This document shows, one piece after another, positions 46,678-55,603 of a stretch of 64,000 bases of DNA (position 1 is the first letter of the stretch; each line of letters starts with the position of its first letter). This stretch comes from a virus (lineage: Duplodnaviria > Caudoviricetes). Below the pieces are notes generated by a model, which made no database searches, had not been told where the DNA came from, and saw nothing but the letters and a program-made list of their open reading frames with translations. The translations under genes and the position numbers were made by a program. The DNA lies in the IMG/VR virus record IMGVR_UViG_3300021958_011541, positions 16,001 through 80,000 of that record. One strand, 5' to 3'.

Positions 46678-48170
46678 GATATAAGACTCCTGTTCTTTAG
46701 ACTTGTAAAGGTTTGGTGAATTGGAACTCCAAAAAGTTTAGATTGTTTTGAGTTCCATCGGGATAATTTAGTTTCCGTGCTCCATTTCTGTTCGTGAAAC
46801 AATTGAAATATGAACCCGCCACTGCATTGATCAAATAGTTTTACTTGTTTTGATTTTGTTAGAACATGAAAAAGGCCTATGTCCCACTCTGGCTCACCTA
46901 TTAAATAATCTGGCAAACCTGCTTGAATAACTGGCCATAGAGATTTTCTGAATAGAAAGAAATCTCTACCTCCCCTTAATGGTATTAGAGCTTTAGATTC
47001 TTTCGCTTCATTTAAATCTTTAACTTCTGGAGAAATACTGTATGTCATAGAAGATATTGCATTGTAACCCAGTGAGTATATCTCGGATAACCGAGGTAAA
47101 AAATCTTTTGAAAAAATAACATCTGCATTTACATAACCTACCCAGTCACAATTTGATTGACAGGCTTTTTCAATTAAGTCTTTTAAGAAAGGTTTATCTG
47201 TTTCTGATTTTAGAAATGAAGAATTTTTATTAGGTAAGTGATTTATAAATCTTATATTATTTTCACTTGCTTCCTCTGTTAGTTTCCTGCTTTCATTCGC
47301 AAGATTAAATCTTTTGTCTTTTAAGTGTATTGGTTGATTGTACACAACAACTGTTTTTGGTATTTCTTTTTGATTGTCAGGTTTTATTGAGCCGTTGATT
47401 TTAAACTCGTCTAATTTTATTTTAATTAAGTCAACGTACGCTTTCAGATTTTCAAAAGAGTTCTCAAACTGTGATACTAGTTGATGAGTTTCGTTACCCA
47501 ATGTTTGAAGGTTCTCGAGTTGAGAATTGTTTATTAATTTCGTTTGTGATTGAAGCCTTGTTTTATGTTTTAAAAATAAATCCATACATTCTTGCACGTC
47601 TTTTACATTGGATACTCTATCATAGTGACAAGAATAAAATGCTTTAGGTAGTTCTAATATTTTAGCTTTTTCGAATATTTTCTCATAGACTTTATTAAAA
47701 ACTACTGTAGGTAAATGTATAAATCTACTGTCGATAGCTTTGATTCTGCAATAATTTTTGGATAAAATGTTAAATATAGAAGCTAGTCCAGCTGATTGGT
47801 AAGTTTGATTGAGTGGGGAATTTACAGAAGTGCATTCTAACACTTTTTGGAAAAACTGTTTAGTTTGAGAATTTGCTTTAATATATAAAAATGATAGCGT
47901 CAAACCATTAGGGGTGCTTATTGCTAGTATATCTTTGTCTTGTATTTGGAATTTTAACTCCAAAGAAAAATCATGATAGATATTGATTCCTGGCTCAGAT
48001 ATGCAAATATAAGAATTCCACTCTTCATCTATTTTTTTTAATATAAATTTTAGTTTTTCTTGGTCTAAGGCTGTTGATTTAAATTTTTCGACAACAAGCT
48101 CTAGCCCTTCAGGAACTTCTTTAGGTAATAATTCTTCTTCACCTACCCTGTACTGAATATAAAATTTCAT
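46674..48170 (-). CDS. Two-domain putative glycosyltransferase with coiled-coil linker
   Basis: C-terminal YVNADVIF and GEPEWD; N-terminal NDP-sugar-transferase-like segment. Confidence 0.5.
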   Translation of the reverse strand: MKFYIQYRVGEEELLPKEVPEGLELVVEKFKSTALDQEKLKFILKKIDEEWNSYICISEPGINIYHDFSLELKFQIQDKDILAISTPNGLTLSFLYIKANSQTKQFFQKVLECTSVNSPLNQTYQSAGLASIFNILSKNYCRIKAIDSRFIHLPTVVFNKVYEKIFEKAKILELPKAFYSCHYDRVSNVKDVQECMDLFLKHKTRLQSQTKLINNSQLENLQTLGNETHQLVSQFENSFENLKAYVDLIKIKLDEFKINGSIKPDNQKEIPKTVVVYNQPIHLKDKRFNLANESRKLTEEASENNIRFINHLPNKNSSFLKSETDKPFLKDLIEKACQSNCDWVGYVNADVIFSKDFLPRLSEIYSLGYNAISSMTYSISPEVKDLNEAKESKALIPLRGGRDFFLFRKSLWPVIQAGLPDYLIGEPEWDIGLFHVLTKSKQVKLFDQCSGGFIFQLFHEQKWSTETKLSRWNSKQSKLFGVPIHQTFTSLKNRSLIS

Positions 48171-48880
48171 TAATGATGATAGTAAATTTTTTTAATTTTT
48201 TCTATTTCTTTTAAAGCTGGGTCTATATTTTCTTTCTTTGAACTAAGGCCTTCTGGGTTTCTGTAGTAAAGAGAAAGTTTTGAATTAATTTTTTTAAATG
48301 TAGAACCTTTATGTGCAGCCCTTAACCAGAATTCATAATCCGCGCAATATTTATAATCCGTATTGAAATGGCCAAACTTTTGATGTATTGACCTTCTCCA
48401 CATTGGGGATGAGTGAGGCGAGTTTACTTTTAAAAGGTTTTCAAGAGAGTGATCTAAACAAGGGAAAATTTTTAACGCTGTATTTCTTTCAAAAGTTTCA
48501 AGGGGAGTGTCAGTCTCTAAGGTTTCCCCATAAACCATATCTATATCGTTGTTATTGTCCAGCATTAATACTTGCTCCTCTATGCACCAAGGAGCTTTAA
48601 TGTCATCTAAATTTGCATTGGTTATATAAGGAGCTGTTGAACTCTCGATAGCTAAATTCCAACAAGCGTAAAGTCCTGGGTCTTGTTCCAATTTAATATA
48701 TTTTATATTTGGGTAATCTTCCAGAAATCCATTAATTATCTCGAACTCTCGGTCTGGAGAATTTGCGTTAATTAAAATTAATTCACATTCATTAAAAATT
48801 GTTTGTCTAGTTATCTGCTCGAGAAAGTGATTTATAAATTTATCCCCTTTATATATTGAAGTTATAATTGCTGCTTTCAT
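48170..48880 (-). CDS. GT2 glycosyltransferase
   Basis: ITSIY, GLYACWN, YITNANLDD, ADYEFWLR. Confidence 0.92.
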   Translation of the reverse strand: MKAAIITSIYKGDKFINHFLEQITRQTIFNECELILINANSPDREFEIINGFLEDYPNIKYIKLEQDPGLYACWNLAIESSTAPYITNANLDDIKAPWCIEEQVLMLDNNNDIDMVYGETLETDTPLETFERNTALKIFPCLDHSLENLLKVNSPHSSPMWRRSIHQKFGHFNTDYKYCADYEFWLRAAHKGSTFKKINSKLSLYYRNPEGLSSKKENIDPALKEIEKIKKIYYHH

Positions 48881-49174
48881 TTAAATTTTTGTTAAAATAA
48901 TTGTTTTTGCCGATCTAAAGGAATGTTGTCTCTCGATATGTCCTGCCTCCCTTAACCTACGCAAAGACTTAGTAACCTTACTTAAAGAACAAGGTCTTCC
49001 ATTGATGATTAATTTGTTTGCGATCTGCTGTTCTGTTTCTAAAATAAATTTTCCCCCACTTTTAATTGTAGACTGTAGTAGATAAGAATACATGATAAGA
49101 TCATTAGTAATCAGCTTACCTGATTCTATATCCGATAGGATACTAACTGGAATTTGTACAAACTTCAAGGACAT
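48881..49174 (-). CDS. Winged helix-turn-helix protein
   Basis: TEQQIANKL...SLSKVTKSLRRLREAGHIER. Confidence 0.75.
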   Translation of the reverse strand: MSLKFVQIPVSILSDIESGKLITNDLIMYSYLLQSTIKSGGKFILETEQQIANKLIINGRPCSLSKVTKSLRRLREAGHIERQHSFRSAKTIILTKI

Positions 49175-49179
49175 TTTTA

Positions 49180-49209
49180 AAATGTATCACATTTACATTC
49201 TTCTATCAA
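49180..49209 (-). promoter_or_regulatory. Probable promoter for the HTH gene
   Basis: TTGATA-N18-TACATT with TGn extension, 5 nt before the ATG. Confidence 0.45.
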
Positions 49210-49247
49210 GTAAAAAAATACTACCCATATAGTAAAAAAATACTACC
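49209..49247. repeat. Two perfect 17-bp direct repeats at a 22-bp period
   Basis: AGTAAAAAAATACTACC at 49209-49225 and 49231-49247. Confidence 0.9.
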
Positions 49248-49285
49248 TCAAATAAACTATAGGTAATCATATATTATAATAAAAA

Positions 49286-49311
49286 CAGACCTATTGCTTG
49301 CAATAGGTCTG
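49286..49311. repeat. 12-bp perfect inverted repeat with a 2-nt centre
   Basis: CAGACCTATTGC-TT-GCAATAGGTCTG. Confidence 0.9.
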
Positions 49312-49329
49312 GAAAAGAGAAAATAATAC

Positions 49330-49358
49330 TTGACTAAATTTAAAGTTAATGATAGAAT
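49330..49358 (+). promoter_or_regulatory. Sigma70-type promoter opening the plus-strand block
   Basis: TTGACT-N17-TAGAAT with TGn; implies a start at ATG 49369. Confidence 0.8.
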
Positions 49359-49368
49359 TAATTCAATT

Positions 49369-49668
49369 ATGGAAAATAAACATAAAAATTACATTATATC
49401 CTGTGGTGGCTGGACAACAATGGCTCGAGGTAAAAATGCAGAAGATGCAGCTACAGTAGCAATTGAGCAGATGGTTAAAGCTCAGGGTGATAAACTAGCA
49501 ATTTCACCAATTATAGATTCAATTTGTTTTTCAGATATAAATGAAGATCTAGAGTTAGAGCAATATAGAGAATTAATTTATTGTCCCAAAATATTATCAA
49601 ACGCAGGCTTTCACGAAACTGCAAAAAATTTTACAAAACTAATAGATGAAAAAACTAAATCTTCCTAA
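49369..49668 (+). CDS. Hypothetical protein; the track start at 49330 overlaps the -35 box
   Basis: MENKHKNYIISCG...; start chosen from promoter position. Confidence 0.7.
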   Translation: MENKHKNYIISCGGWTTMARGKNAEDAATVAIEQMVKAQGDKLAISPIIDSICFSDINEDLELEQYRELIYCPKILSNAGFHETAKNFTKLIDEKTKSS

Positions 49669-50221
49669 AATTATAGGCATATCTGGAGTGGCTCGCTCGG
49701 GTAAAGATACCTTCTGCTTGCTATCAGCCAAACGTTTAAATAAATCCAAACAAGCTGTAATGAGATGTGCATTCGCAGATAATGTGAAGGCAGACTTACA
49801 TCAATTACTTATCAAAAAAGCAGGAATATCGGCTTATACTAATATAGATAAAGAAAAAGAACTTATAAGACCTCTACTTGTTGCTTATGGATCAGACCTT
49901 ATGCGAAAAGTTGATGAGGACTACTGGATAAAAAGACTAGAGCTAACAGTCAAAGCTGCGAGCCAAATAGATGCGACTGCATTTATCACAGATGTTAGAT
50001 ACATGAATGAAGTAGAATGGATTAAAAAACAAGGTGGTAAAATAATTCATATAACAAAAAAAGGAACAAAGCCAGCTAACGAGCAAGAAGAAATTAACGA
50101 CCCTCTTATTAAAGATGCTGCAGATTTACTAGTAGAATGGAACCACGTAGGAGAAGATAATTTAGAGAAAGAATTATCAGCAAAAGTAACAAGATATTTA
50201 GGTAAATTAAAAATTAAATGA
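49646..50221 (+). CDS. Deoxynucleoside monophosphate kinase
   Basis: GISGVARSGKDT, FADNVK, YWIK, ITDVRYMNE. Confidence 0.88.
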   Translation: MKKLNLPKIIGISGVARSGKDTFCLLSAKRLNKSKQAVMRCAFADNVKADLHQLLIKKAGISAYTNIDKEKELIRPLLVAYGSDLMRKVDEDYWIKRLELTVKAASQIDATAFITDVRYMNEVEWIKKQGGKIIHITKKGTKPANEQEEINDPLIKDAADLLVEWNHVGEDNLEKELSAKVTRYLGKLKIK

Positions 50222-50796
50222 TTGAACTAGATGATGAACAGTTAATAAATAAAGTTCAATACGGAACTGATGACTCTTCTGAAGCAATGTCAGAAATAAT
50301 TGATAGACATAGCGGAATCTTTATAGAAATTATTAATCAATATGTACCTTGTAATAATATCTACTGCAATAAAGATGATATGATTTCTGAAAAAAACTTT
50401 CATATATATAAAGCAGTAATGAAATTTGATAAAGAAAGAGGCGCTAAATTTAGCACTCATCTAGGCAACGAAGCTAAATGGTTATGCTTAAATACTTACA
50501 ATAAAAATAAAAACAGAATATCTATTTCTTCCTCAGATCAAGACTTTGATAAAGACCTAACAGAAGACCCTCATAAAAAATCCCTAAGAAAAGAAACTTT
50601 TAAATATATCATTAAATTCATTAATACTCACCCAGATCCAAGGGTTAAAAAAATATTCACAATGAGATACATAAAAGGAGAAATGAATAAATTAATGCCA
50701 TGGAAAAAAATATCAAAAGAATTAAACATGAGTATACAAGGATGTATTAATATACATAACTCGGTAGTCAAGAATCTAAAAAACAAAGTTAAATAA
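50218..50796 (+). CDS. Sigma70-family sigma factor (regions 2 and 4)
   Basis: YKAVMKFDKERGAKFSTH region 2; KIFTMRY...WKKISKELNMS HTH. Confidence 0.85.
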   Translation: MIELDDEQLINKVQYGTDDSSEAMSEIIDRHSGIFIEIINQYVPCNNIYCNKDDMISEKNFHIYKAVMKFDKERGAKFSTHLGNEAKWLCLNTYNKNKNRISISSSDQDFDKDLTEDPHKKSLRKETFKYIIKFINTHPDPRVKKIFTMRYIKGEMNKLMPWKKISKELNMSIQGCINIHNSVVKNLKNKVK

Positions 50797-50798
50797 TT

Positions 50799-51194
50799 AT
50801 GTTAAATAAATTCATAGGAATAGGAAACTTAACCAAGGATCCAGTATTTAAAGAACTTAATAATGATAAGTGTGTTTGTATTCTTTCTGTAGCTATAAAT
50901 CTAAGCAAGGAAGACAAGTCTCCATTATATATAGATGTACAATACTGGGATAATATCGCAAAGAATTGCAATACTTATCTAAAGAAAGGCCGCCCAGTTT
51001 TTATTGAGGGAAAGATAGCCATAAACTCCTGGGAAGATAAAAACGGAAACAAGAGGCAGAAATTTTACTGCAAGGGAGAATCAATCAGGTTTTTAAACGC
51101 AGAACAAAAAAACGAAAAAGAGTCTTCGGAAAATAAACAAGAAAATAAAGAAGCAGTTATTGAAGATGAAGAACTCGCAGACATTCCATTCTAA
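50799..51194 (+). CDS. ssb: Single-stranded DNA-binding protein
   Basis: GIGNLTKDP, YLKKGRPVFIEG, acidic tail ending DIPF. Confidence 0.95.
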   Translation: MLNKFIGIGNLTKDPVFKELNNDKCVCILSVAINLSKEDKSPLYIDVQYWDNIAKNCNTYLKKGRPVFIEGKIAINSWEDKNGNKRQKFYCKGESIRFLNAEQKNEKESSENKQENKEAVIEDEELADIPF

Positions 51195-52279
51195 TGAAAG
51201 ATTTAATAATCCACGCACCAATAAATGATACAAGTATAGGTAATGTATCCATAGCTTTATTAAGGGAATTATACAATACGAATATAGATATATCATTATT
51301 CCCTGTTTCAGATGTTATCCAGCTTGATGTATATGATGACCTAGATAATGAATTCGTAAATTGGTTGCATTCTTCTTTCGAGCATAGGTTTAAGAAACTC
51401 AGTAAGAACACGCCTTCTCTTCAGGTCTGGCATATTAATGGTTCAGAGAAAAAAATATCTAACAAAAACTTTTTATACACCTTTCATGAAACAAACAAAC
51501 CCACAATTAGCGAGCTAAACATTTGTAAGCTCCATGAAAAAGTAATATTCTCAAGTACATTCTCTAGGGACTTATTTAGTAAATGCGGCTTAAGTAATTC
51601 CCTCTATGTTCCAATAGGGCTAGATGAATGCTTTAAAACTACAGAAAGAAAATTTAGTAATGATATTACCCATTTTGGCCTAATGGGTAAATTTGAAAAA
51701 AGAAAGAATACAGCTCAAATCCTAAGATGTTGGGCTAATAAATTTGGCAATAACCCTAACTTCCAGCTTTCTTGCGCTATAGTAAATAGATTCATGGATG
51801 GAGGTAAACTAAATGAAGAAATAGGAAATGCTTTAAATAAAAAAATATATCACAATATAAATTTCTTGCCATTCTTACCACAAAATAGCGATGTTAATAC
51901 TTTAATTAACTCAATAGATATTGACTTAACTGGCTTAAGTGGGGGAGAAGGTTGGAATATTCCCTCCTTTACTGCAACTTGTTTAGGTAAATGGAGTTGC
52001 GTTTCTAATTGTACAAGCCATAAAGATTGGGCAACGGAATCAAATTCTATACTAGTTGAACCAAATGGTTTTTTTGATGTCGAAGATGGAATATTTTTTA
52101 AAGATGGTGCAGAATTTAATCAAGGCGAATTCAATTCCTTATCCGATGAAACTATATACAATGCTTTTGATCGAGCTTTAGAAAGAAAGAATCAAAAAAA
52201 CACCGAAGGCATGGAATTAACAAATACATTTAATTATAAAAAAAGTGTAGAATCAATATTAGATATTATTAATATATAG
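51194..52279 (+). CDS. GT4-like glycosyltransferase
   Basis: MGKFEKRKN, SGGEGWNIPSFTA. Confidence 0.8.
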   Translation: MKDLIIHAPINDTSIGNVSIALLRELYNTNIDISLFPVSDVIQLDVYDDLDNEFVNWLHSSFEHRFKKLSKNTPSLQVWHINGSEKKISNKNFLYTFHETNKPTISELNICKLHEKVIFSSTFSRDLFSKCGLSNSLYVPIGLDECFKTTERKFSNDITHFGLMGKFEKRKNTAQILRCWANKFGNNPNFQLSCAIVNRFMDGGKLNEEIGNALNKKIYHNINFLPFLPQNSDVNTLINSIDIDLTGLSGGEGWNIPSFTATCLGKWSCVSNCTSHKDWATESNSILVEPNGFFDVEDGIFFKDGAEFNQGEFNSLSDETIYNAFDRALERKNQKNTEGMELTNTFNYKKSVESILDIINI

Positions 52280-52283
52280 TTAT

Positions 52284-53360
52284 ATGTTTGATTTATTCCC
52301 AGATTTTAAAATTATATCAAAATTAAATAAGTACTCTAAAAATACTGTATCTAGAACTATAGGTTGGACAGCAATAGAATCCAACCTGCCAGATTCATGG
52401 CTAGTTTCCGAAGGAGAGTCTGTCGAAATAGCTTTTATATGTTTAGGCGAAACAGATCATTTTGATATAAACCCTTCTAAAATTTTAGAATGGAGAGCGA
52501 ATAAAAGCTTATACCATATAAACCCAATCAACTGCAAATCATCAATCCTTACTAGTCCTAATTTAAATCCGATAGATAAAACAGGGGGTTCTACAATTGA
52601 TATGGGAATAATAAATTCCCAGAACCCTCAAACAGGGATGGTAGGAATAAGCCCTAGAGCTCAAATACAACCAATCTGTATAGGTAATGAAGTAATAGGT
52701 AATACTGAAAATGAATTCTTAAAAGCTCTTGATGAATGCATTAAGATCAAACCAGATATAGTTTTTACAAACTTATACTCAAAGCAGTTTTCTGGAAATA
52801 TTGACCTTAAAATAAAAACCTTATACGACATGAATATCCCCTTTGTATGTTCAGCTGGTTCAATTTCAGAAAAAAATACAAATTTTCCCGCTTCTTCAAA
52901 TTATTCTATATGCACTGGCACGTTCGACCCAGAAGATAATTTAGTTAACATAAAAGATAATGGATTAAAACCTAATACAGTAACTAGCACTTTTATAGAT
53001 AATACTTATTGCAGTTATGAATCTTTATCTACTTCTGCAGCCTTCATTACTTCAATACTAGCTTTAGTTATTTCTAAAAATAAAAAAATGATTAAAATTT
53101 GTGGAAATTCTAACTTTACAACAGTCCCAGGCATGATAAGCTTTATACAATCTTCTGGTTTTAAAAACTTAAAGTTTGGACCAAAGAACGACTACCACTA
53201 CGGAATTATAGATATAGATAAGGAGCTTGAAAATGCGAAACATAAGCTTGAAGAAAATAAATTAGAACCTGTCGAGGAAAAAACCTTCAAAAAAGAACCC
53301 AAAAAAGTCAAAACTCCTTGGTATAAAAAACTTCTCACTAAAATTAATCTATTCAAATAA
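52284..53360 (+). CDS. Subtilase (S8) homolog, predicted inactive
   Basis: Aligns to 53593..54807 but catalytic Asp is Cys, His is Gly, oxyanion Asn is Ser. Confidence 0.75.
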   Translation: MFDLFPDFKIISKLNKYSKNTVSRTIGWTAIESNLPDSWLVSEGESVEIAFICLGETDHFDINPSKILEWRANKSLYHINPINCKSSILTSPNLNPIDKTGGSTIDMGIINSQNPQTGMVGISPRAQIQPICIGNEVIGNTENEFLKALDECIKIKPDIVFTNLYSKQFSGNIDLKIKTLYDMNIPFVCSAGSISEKNTNFPASSNYSICTGTFDPEDNLVNIKDNGLKPNTVTSTFIDNTYCSYESLSTSAAFITSILALVISKNKKMIKICGNSNFTTVPGMISFIQSSGFKNLKFGPKNDYHYGIIDIDKELENAKHKLEENKLEPVEEKTFKKEPKKVKTPWYKKLLTKINLFK

Positions 53361-53596
53361 TGCCATTTTACTTTTTTGAAAACCCTAAAACTGGAGAGAT
53401 AATAGAGGTAATGCAATCAATGAATGATGAACACATTTATGTAGACGAAAATGGCTTAAATTGGAAAAGAGTATTTAGTTCGCCAACCTACTCCATTAAA
53501 GGAACTGCTTTAGATTTTAGAAGCGAAAAAGATAAAGAAAAGTGGGCAAATGTATACAAAAAAAGATACAATTATAACAAAAATAAAAACAAATGA
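53360..53596 (+). CDS. FmdB-like small protein without zinc-ribbon cysteines
   Basis: MPFYFFENPKTGEIIEVMQSM...WKRVF. Confidence 0.7.
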   Translation: MPFYFFENPKTGEIIEVMQSMNDEHIYVDENGLNWKRVFSSPTYSIKGTALDFRSEKDKEKWANVYKKRYNYNKNKNK

Positions 53597-54807
53597 AGCA
53601 CTATCACTCAACACAAGAATTTAAAAAAACCAGGTTAATTGCTGCATCTAAAGATGTATCTATACCTAAAGTCAAACTAGAAGAAGTTTCTCCCTTTTTC
53701 TCTAATTTAAATGCTTGGCATCTTGATAAATACAATATACCAAAGTACTGGGCAGATACCAAAGGAGAAGGTATTAATATTTTAATGTTAGATACTGGAT
53801 TACCAGATCATAATGATTTAAAAGATAGAGTTTTTAGAAATAGTAATATAACTGAGGAATATTCTGATCTTGATCAAAACGGACACCAGACTCATTGCTG
53901 TGGAATAATTGCTGGTAAACTTACTGGAGTTGCTCCTCTAGCAAAAATTTATTGCGATAAAGTTTTAAATAAAAACGGGGTAGGGAATTTTAAATCGGTA
54001 TTAAGATCGCTGGAGCTCGCGGCCATGAGCCCTAGACATTACGATATTATTTCCATGAGCTTAGGAGGGAACATGCCAAAAGATAAAGGCGTATTAGACG
54101 CTCTCTCAAACTGTATAGAGCAATTATTAAAAAAGAATACGATTGTAGTTTGTTCTGCTGGTAATTCTGGGTCAGCTGGTGTTAAATACCCAGCAGTACT
54201 TCCCAACACCCTCGCAATTGCAGCACATGATAGCGATGAAATTATTGCAAGTTTTTCATCAAAAGGTAAAGAAGTTGACTTTGCAGCGCCAGGAGTAAAA
54301 ATAAACAGCACTTTTTTAGATCAAAATTATGCTAAGCTTAGCGGAACCTCAATGGCATGCCCTTTTATCGTTGGAGTGATATCATTAATGTTAAGCAAAC
54401 ATAAAAAACAAGAGAAAGAAGGTAAGAAAAATGATTGTAAAACTCCAAAGCAAATCGTAGAACACTTAAAAAGATGCTCTATAGATAAAGGTAAACCAGG
54501 TAAAGATTCAAGTTTCGGTTTTGGTGTTATAAGCTTAGATAAGTTATTAGATCAAGAAGAAGACTCTCCTAACCCATCTCCTAAGCCTAAACCAACTCCT
54601 GACCCTAAACCAAACCCTGACCCAGAAAAAACATGGTTTAAAAAACATATGGCTTGGGTAATTTTCGGTGTTTTTCTTTGTACTGCGCTTATGTCTTTTC
54701 TTTTTAGCCAATGCTCTGAAGAAGAATTGCCCAAACCTCCTTATATAGACGAACAAGGAAATATAGATTGGGATAAAAAATTCGAAGAAGAGAAAAATAA
54801 AAAATAA
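53593..54807 (+). CDS. S8 subtilase with Pro-rich linker and C-terminal membrane anchor
   Basis: LDTG, GHQTHCCG, SAGN, SGTSMACP; PSPKPKPTPDPKPNPDP linker; hydrophobic segment. Confidence 0.95.
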   Translation: MKHYHSTQEFKKTRLIAASKDVSIPKVKLEEVSPFFSNLNAWHLDKYNIPKYWADTKGEGINILMLDTGLPDHNDLKDRVFRNSNITEEYSDLDQNGHQTHCCGIIAGKLTGVAPLAKIYCDKVLNKNGVGNFKSVLRSLELAAMSPRHYDIISMSLGGNMPKDKGVLDALSNCIEQLLKKNTIVVCSAGNSGSAGVKYPAVLPNTLAIAAHDSDEIIASFSSKGKEVDFAAPGVKINSTFLDQNYAKLSGTSMACPFIVGVISLMLSKHKKQEKEGKKNDCKTPKQIVEHLKRCSIDKGKPGKDSSFGFGVISLDKLLDQEEDSPNPSPKPKPTPDPKPNPDPEKTWFKKHMAWVIFGVFLCTALMSFLFSQCSEEELPKPPYIDEQGNIDWDKKFEEEKNKK

Positions 54808-54808
54808 A

Positions 54809-55201
54809 ATGCCATTATACGTTTATCAACATCCAGAAACAGGAGAAACTATTGAAGTCATTCAGTCAATGAATGAAGAACATAGCTACACAGATGAACA
54901 CGAAACACAATGGAAAAGAGTATTCCTAACTTCTCAAATATCTTCTCAAAAAATTTGCGACCCTTGGAATAATGCAGACTTTGTAAATCAAACAAAAAAT
55001 ATGAAAGGCACAGTAGGTGACATGATGGACAAAAGTAGAGAAATGTCAGAAATGAGAGCGCAACAAAACGGAGGAATAGATCCTGTAAAAGAAAAAATGC
55101 ATTCTGATTATAGCAAACTGAGAGGAGGCATAAAAGATCCACATAAACCTCAAGACAAAAAAGTTTTTGAAAATAAGCACGTAAAAATTAAATTAGATTA
55201 A
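54809..55201 (+). CDS. FmdB-like protein without zinc-ribbon cysteines, paralog of 53360..53596
   Basis: MPLYVYQHPETGETIEVIQSM...WKRVF. Confidence 0.75.
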   Translation: MPLYVYQHPETGETIEVIQSMNEEHSYTDEHETQWKRVFLTSQISSQKICDPWNNADFVNQTKNMKGTVGDMMDKSREMSEMRAQQNGGIDPVKEKMHSDYSKLRGGIKDPHKPQDKKVFENKHVKIKLD

Positions 55202-55203
55202 TT

Positions 55204-55602
55204 ATGGCAAATTCCAAATCAAAAGAAATATATTCAAATGCTCCAGATGAAGCTCTGTTAGTTATAGATAAAATGATGGCTCCCAATGAACCTGATAATG
55301 AAAAAATAATTAATTTCCTAAAAACTGTAAAACATGACGGAATTGAGTTTGATGAATACGAGCTTGAAGCAATCAAAACTTCTTTAAAAATTTGGGATTC
55401 AATATCGTTTAAATGTACAAAAATGGTATTCTTAAAAATATTGATAAACGTAAATTTTAGATATGATTTAGCCCTAGAAACCATGGCTTTAATGTTAACA
55501 AGAGGATGCGCCAAGACACATAACTCGGAAAATGGCGAAGAATGTTCCAGTTTAATAGCTACTGGAAAATGCGAAAAAACGATGCCTAACCTATCTACTT
55601 AA
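55204..55602 (+). CDS. Hypothetical protein
   Basis: 132-aa ORF continuing the operon. Confidence 0.65.
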   Translation: MANSKSKEIYSNAPDEALLVIDKMMAPNEPDNEKIINFLKTVKHDGIEFDEYELEAIKTSLKIWDSISFKCTKMVFLKILINVNFRYDLALETMALMLTRGCAKTHNSENGEECSSLIATGKCEKTMPNLST

Positions 55603-55603
55603 T

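Noticed and set aside
54560-54630. Short repeat (cctaagcctaaaccaactcctgaccctaaacc)
   Set aside because: Simply encodes the Pro-X linker of the subtilase
31545-55201. Genome-wide zinc avoidance
   Set aside because: The dCMP deaminase, the GT4 zinc ribbon and the HExxH protease keep their zinc ligands, so the loss is local
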